NCBI GenBank assembly: GCA_963669175.1
Contig: OY769902.1
Location: 2,592,001 to 2,656,000 of the forward strand
Source of the DNA: a bacterium
GTDB lineage: Bacteria; Electryoneota; Electryoneia; Electryoneales; Electryoneaceae
DNA length: 64,000 bases
Direction of reading: 5' to 3'
Made by a program: the position numbers and the translations under genes. Shown here piece by piece: positions 59,285 to 64,000 of this stretch. The notes below the pieces were generated by a model. The model searched no databases. It was not told the origin of the DNA and saw nothing but the letters and a program-made list of their open reading frames with translations. The stretch's first letter is position 1. Every line of letters starts with the position of its first letter.

Positions 59285-62065
59285 CTATTGGGCGAAAATA
59301 GCCACAACACGGTAACTGACCAAAGGATAAGGTAATTCCATCGCCAGATTGTCCGTGTACCATGGCGAAGAAACCACGTCCAGCAATTCCATCGGTTGGA
59401 ACGGATCTGTTCCGCGATAAATACGGTAATAATCAGCCTGGTCAGGACTCCACATCAGGCGCACATGATTTCCTGTCAGGAAAGATACGCGCAGGGAGCG
59501 GACCTCACGCGGGGGTGGTGGATGTGAAGTCAACCGCACATTATCGATAATCCAACCTTCAGAAGGATAAATCGGTGTGTCTGTCTTGTAAAGGAAACGA
59601 ATTCGCAGATATTGTTCATCATTGGTGTAGTTCAATTTGAAAACACTTGTTATCCAGCCTTCCGAATCACCGCCAAAAGCGCCGACATCATTGTAGGGAG
59701 GTGAAGCAAATCCTTTGGGATAGCCATAAGCAGGAGTAACAGCTTGCCAGGTATATCCGTTATTTGTGGATACCTGGACAATGCCGCCGTCATAGCATTG
59801 ATACGCATAATTTGGATTCAGCGCCGTATTGTACCATTGCTCGAAAACCAGGTAAGCGTGCGGCATACCTACAGAACTCAACGGTTGAGGTAATTCCAGA
59901 CAGCTTTCCGATCCTGGTTCCTGTGGGGTTGCATGCCAGGCATGCGTACCATCATAGCTTTGTCCCGGGCCGGTTTCTATTTCGCCCCAAACCCAGGTAT
60001 CTTCCGCGCCTGAGGGTATCATGCCACCATCATCAAACTGAAAATCTGCTTCAAACTTGTGTTCACCTACTGTAACAGTGAACTCGTGAAAACCCAGTTC
60101 CGGTTCATACACGATGTGCGGCACATAGGAATTTTCGGTCAGCTTGATGCGATAACGAATCGTTGTGCCAGGAGCAGGCGGTGAGCCTGAATCGTACATA
60201 TAGGCGCTAAAACGAATCCAGGTCTCCGGCACCCATTCCTGTTGTGGAAGTAAAGGCACACTGGGTTGCGAAACACCATCGTACCAACTCTCAATGATTG
60301 CTTCGTCAAGCGATTCAATTGTTTTTATCCTGCATTCAACCCAGGGCGCCCAGGCGCCAGTCGGGTAACTGGTAATGGGCGGGTGTGGATCGATTTCAGG
60401 TAAGGTGGTGTCACGTGTTTCTACAAAAAGCGTGGGTGTTAACTCTGTACTGTTGCCGGCAAAATCAATTGCACGAACTCTGAAGCCATATGTTTTCAGA
60501 GGAATCAAGTCGGTAATCAGGGTTGACCGGGCATTCAGGCCACGCAGATCAGCGTCCTGTTCATAGGACCACAGATTTGAGGTTGTGTCGATTGTCTCCG
60601 TCGTGTCATAGTACACTTCGTAAGCAGCAAAATTTGGATCGTCTGCGGTTGGGGACCATTCAATGCCAACAAAGTAGTCACTGGCGTATTCAATGGCAGC
60701 CTGGTCCGGCCCGACCGGAGCTGTAGTATCCGGTACATTGACAAAATTATCTACATAAGCAACCAGGGCATCGAGCGCTGGTCCATAATAGGTGAAAAAC
60801 AATCCGAAATTATCAATGGTCGGAGGGATTGGACCATCGTAAAAATCCAGGTAGGTCCATCCAAGATCCTGAAGCTCATCAGGCAATTCGTCAAATTCAA
60901 AGTGGACAAAACCGTCAAGTGATTCGTAAGGATTTCTGCCTTCGTCAACAGCGAACATCTGTTGATTATTTGAATACCCGGGCAAGCTTACATCGTTGGA
61001 TATCTCTGTCCCGCTGGCAACGTGTTCCAGACCGCCGGCATGATAAGCCGCATAGTATTCCCCAACGGTCACCTCATCCTGTCCCTCAGCAATGGTGTTG
61101 GCTGGCAGGATGATTTCAGGGGTGAAGTTGACCCAATCCAGGTGAGCGGACGATAGATCACGCACCGGCCTGTTGGCATAATCATCCAATTGGCCAGGAC
61201 TTATCTGAACCGGGTGCTCATAATCATGGATGTCTGAATCGTAGCTGTGAACCTGGTATATCTGGGGCATCATTCCCTGCGCACGGACCGTGTCAACAAA
61301 GAATTCGGTGAACCATTGAAAAGGCATGTTCCCGTTTCTACTGGGATCCGATATGGAGCGTGCATTGTAAAACTCTCCACCATTCCACAATGCTTCACGG
61401 CTGGTAGCGTGAAAAGCCAGAGTTCCCAGATTGGCCTGGAGGAAGAATTCCATGGCAAACGGGGGCGCTACGAAATCATCGTTGATGTGACAGACCTGGC
61501 TGCATATCCAGGGCACTTCAGCATCCTCGTTCAGGATAAAAATGCCCCAGCCATGATCAAAACTGCCGATTACATCGTCTTCCGGGCCTGCATAATACCC
61601 GCTGTCAACAAATGTTTCGTTCAGAACTTCACGCAATATCCGGTAATGACGATTATAGTCCGTATCGGTAAAATAAACCAGTTCATATGAGTATCCGGCT
61701 TCATCTATCAGCGCTTCCACTTCATCCGCATCATCCAGCCAGAAGGCGCGGAATATCTGCTTCCATGTCGCTTCATATTGCGCAGCATCCTCATCGGCGA
61801 TGTACTGGAAATTGCCGAACCCATTTAACTGGCGATCCAGTTCCACAGGCATGAAATCGTTATGACCACCCGGTTCTGCTGTAGCTTCAACAGTGTGGGA
61901 TATCCAGTTGTCGTAGGCGCAATTCGGTTCGTTGCCCATCAGGAATTGACGCAGGGAACCCGTTTCCTCAATCTGTGCGGAAAGCGAGATCGGAAGGAGA
62001 AAAACCAATTGAAGTAATAGAAACCGGCTGACAAAAGCCAAATCGTTCAAATGTTTTCGTCGCAT
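59285..62065 (-). CDS. Secreted multidomain protein: uncharacterised N-terminal domain, FN3, MAM/immune-inhibitor-like jelly roll, C-terminal beta domain
   Basis: Signal peptide; FN3 (W....D.NF..YEVYY...Y.FRVRA.D.AGN); DGG.V.VSTN.G.TW...GW.ID.V. Confidence 0.7.
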   Translation of the reverse strand: MRRKHLNDLAFVSRFLLLQLVFLLPISLSAQIEETGSLRQFLMGNEPNCAYDNWISHTVEATAEPGGHNDFMPVELDRQLNGFGNFQYIADEDAAQYEATWKQIFRAFWLDDADEVEALIDEAGYSYELVYFTDTDYNRHYRILREVLNETFVDSGYYAGPEDDVIGSFDHGWGIFILNEDAEVPWICSQVCHINDDFVAPPFAMEFFLQANLGTLAFHATSREALWNGGEFYNARSISDPSRNGNMPFQWFTEFFVDTVRAQGMMPQIYQVHSYDSDIHDYEHPVQISPGQLDDYANRPVRDLSSAHLDWVNFTPEIILPANTIAEGQDEVTVGEYYAAYHAGGLEHVASGTEISNDVSLPGYSNNQQMFAVDEGRNPYESLDGFVHFEFDELPDELQDLGWTYLDFYDGPIPPTIDNFGLFFTYYGPALDALVAYVDNFVNVPDTTAPVGPDQAAIEYASDYFVGIEWSPTADDPNFAAYEVYYDTTETIDTTSNLWSYEQDADLRGLNARSTLITDLIPLKTYGFRVRAIDFAGNSTELTPTLFVETRDTTLPEIDPHPPITSYPTGAWAPWVECRIKTIESLDEAIIESWYDGVSQPSVPLLPQQEWVPETWIRFSAYMYDSGSPPAPGTTIRYRIKLTENSYVPHIVYEPELGFHEFTVTVGEHKFEADFQFDDGGMIPSGAEDTWVWGEIETGPGQSYDGTHAWHATPQEPGSESCLELPQPLSSVGMPHAYLVFEQWYNTALNPNYAYQCYDGGIVQVSTNNGYTWQAVTPAYGYPKGFASPPYNDVGAFGGDSEGWITSVFKLNYTNDEQYLRIRFLYKTDTPIYPSEGWIIDNVRLTSHPPPPREVRSLRVSFLTGNHVRLMWSPDQADYYRIYRGTDPFQPMELLDVVSSPWYTDNLAMELPYPLVSYRVVAIFAQ

Positions 62066-62120
62066 GTAACTAAACTAGGTTAAAATGTTTTCACGCCGCA
62101 AGCTTCTGGCGATTGTGCTC

Positions 62121-63050
62121 CTAAATTTTTTTCTCGAAATACTCAATGGTTTGCTGCAATCCAGTCCGTAATGGAACAACCGGTTCCCAATCCAGAACTT
62201 CACGAGCGCGTGTGATATCAGGTTGTCTCTGAGTGGGATCATCTTGTGGCAGGGGACGATGTTCAATACGAACCGTTGTGCCAACCAGCTCACGTATCGT
62301 GTCAGCAAGTTCAAGGATGGTAAACTCAACCGGATTCCCCAGGTTGACCGGCCTGATTTCGGTTCCGTGTTTCATCAGCAGGATCAGTCCATCAATAAGA
62401 TCATCCACAAAACAAAAGCTTCTTGTCTGATTCCCTTCACCAAAAATGGTCAGCGGCTCACCACGCAATGCCTGAACAATGAAATTGGATACTACCCGTC
62501 CATCGTTTATCGCCATGCGGGGACCATATGTATTGAATATCCTGGCGATACGGATATCCACCTTGTTCATCCTGTGATAGTCCAGCATGAGGCATTCGGC
62601 GGCACGCTTGCCTTCATCATAACAGGAGCGTATACCGATAGGATTCACATTGCCCCAGTATTCTTCCTTCTGAGGATGAATATGCGGATCGCCGTATACC
62701 TCTGAGGTGGAGGCCTGGAGGATGCGCGCATGGGTGCGCTTGGCCAGACCGAGCATGTTAATTGTGCCCATTACAGAAGTCTTGATCGTCTTGACCGGGT
62801 TGTACTGATAGTGAATCGGCGAAGCAGGACAGGCGAGATTGAATATCCAGTCGGTTTCGAGCATAATGCTTTCAGTGATATCATGCCGAATGAGCTCGAA
62901 ATGGTCATGGTCCAGCAAGTGACGAATATTGTCTTTGCTGGAGGTAAAGAAATTATCCAGGCAGATCACATCATGACCGTCATTAATCAGACGATCTACC
63001 AGGTGGCTGCCAAGGAAACCGGCTCCGCCTGTTACGACTACTCGTTTCAT
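62121..63050 (-). CDS. uxs: UDP-glucuronic acid decarboxylase (UDP-xylose synthase), SDR family
   Basis: [48 protein letters not shown]. Confidence 0.93.
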   Translation of the reverse strand: MKRVVVTGGAGFLGSHLVDRLINDGHDVICLDNFFTSSKDNIRHLLDHDHFELIRHDITESIMLETDWIFNLACPASPIHYQYNPVKTIKTSVMGTINMLGLAKRTHARILQASTSEVYGDPHIHPQKEEYWGNVNPIGIRSCYDEGKRAAECLMLDYHRMNKVDIRIARIFNTYGPRMAINDGRVVSNFIVQALRGEPLTIFGEGNQTRSFCFVDDLIDGLILLMKHGTEIRPVNLGNPVEFTILELADTIRELVGTTVRIEHRPLPQDDPTQRQPDITRAREVLDWEPVVPLRTGLQQTIEYFEKKI

Positions 63051-63239
63051 GCTTTGCCCCTTTTCCAGCTCGTGAACTGAAACACTACATCGTCATTTTA
63101 AAGTCGTTCAAAAAAGTCGTTGCCGTTTCAGATTGGCGGCTGTTTCTTTCTGGCACTGAATATCTGTCTTGTATAGGGTATGATTCTCGCTGGTTGCCCC
63201 CTATGGGCTATATTCACGTAAATAGATACATGATAAATA

Positions 63240-63404
63240 CATCATTCATCATTCATCATTCATCATGCATGCATACATGTAAACAAACAAACAAACAAAC
63301 ATACAAACATACAAACAAACAAACAAACATACATACATACATACATACATACATACATACATGCATACATACATACATACATACATACTTACTTACTTAC
63401 ATAC
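63240..63404. repeat. Compound microsatellite: (CATCATT)x3 followed by 35 in-register tetramers
   Basis: 63265-63404 parses without indels into ATGC/ATAC/ATGT/AAAC/TTAC units. Confidence 0.95.
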
Positions 63405-63413
63405 GTATTTGTT

Positions 63414-63618
63414 TTAGCAGGCTTTAGCCTGCTCCTCTTAGCCCCCGGCTTTAGCCGGGGGAACAGGGATAACAACGATTTGAGCGCCCTTTAGGGTGCT
63501 TTCCTGGTTCGTCCTGATTTTGTCTCGAAAAGCACGCTAAAGCGCGCTCATAGCTATTGTTATATCCTTCCACCCGGCTGAAGCCGGGTGCTAAGAGGAG
63601 CCTGCTGAAGCAGGCTAA
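63414..63618. repeat. Six-hairpin palindromic element, family B, copy 2 (inverted)
   Basis: Reverse complement closely matches 38347-38552. Confidence 0.85.
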
Positions 63619-63818
63619 GCGTATTGACAATTCCCTGTTGTCCAATTATTTGATTCCATTTGCATGATTATATGCGATATAAAATCATTGTTATTAAACA
63701 GATTATGATTGTCATGTTCTTTCTCTGTGGGGCAGGCTCGACTTTGTCTGCAGTCAGAGCCCGCTGAATCAGGCTAATCGCTTTGGAATCAGCCTTGGCT
63801 TTCGAGAAATACAGTAAT

Positions 63819-64000
63819 CTACTCAATAATGATTACCGTCACCTTCCCGGGGCCATGCACCCCCAGGACAAGTTCTTTCTCTATATCGGCAGTTCTGCTT
63901 GGCCCGGACACAAAGATGGCATTGCGATCCTGTGAATCGGAATTTGCCCAAAGTTCGAAAAGCGCGGCAACATTATCAACCACATTCTTCTTTTCAATCA
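63819..64000 (-). CDS. C-terminal part of a LUD-domain protein (LutC/YkgG-like); 5' end outside the window and not in the ORF track
   Basis: My translation: ...IFVSGPSRTADIEKELVLGVHGPGKVTVIIIE*, matching the GPS.TADIE..LV.G.HGP signature. Confidence 0.85.
   Translation of the reverse strand, partial: IEKKNVVDNVAALFELWANSDSQDRNAIFVSGPSRTADIEKELVLGVHGPGKVTVIIIE

Noticed and set aside
63194-63427. 77-aa ORF with TNKQ/TYIH repeats
   Set aside because: It is just the translation of the microsatellite; TTG start with no convincing RBS.

Overview
Bacterial chromosomal window of moderate GC. The host is probably a diderm FCB-group candidate-phylum organism, inferred only from a 'YPNPFN' C-terminal sorting-type domain. 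It holds about 32 CDS (two truncated by the window edges) and two tRNAs (Lys-UUU, Phe-GAA); no integrase, transposase, rRNA or CRISPR array was seen. Main points: (1) a tightly packed operon of K+ channel-RCK, stand-alone cNMP-binding protein, CYTH enzyme and KefF-like oxidoreductase; (2) a 9.7-kb minus-strand run in which an arginine synthetase (ArcE)-like gene plus carbamate kinase, and sucCD, flank an O-carbamoyltransferase/SxtJ/SxtK-like trio and an MBOAT/SGNH-like pair; (3) a ~5,220-aa secreted protein with ~42 Ig/FN3-like repeats, a domain inserted inside one repeat and recurrent 'ELD' loop insertions, next to a secreted WD40-caspase; (4) several distinct families of non-coding palindromic REP/REPIN/MITE-like elements; (5) a 140-bp in-register tetranucleotide microsatellite. 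All functional calls come from visible motifs; no database search was run.
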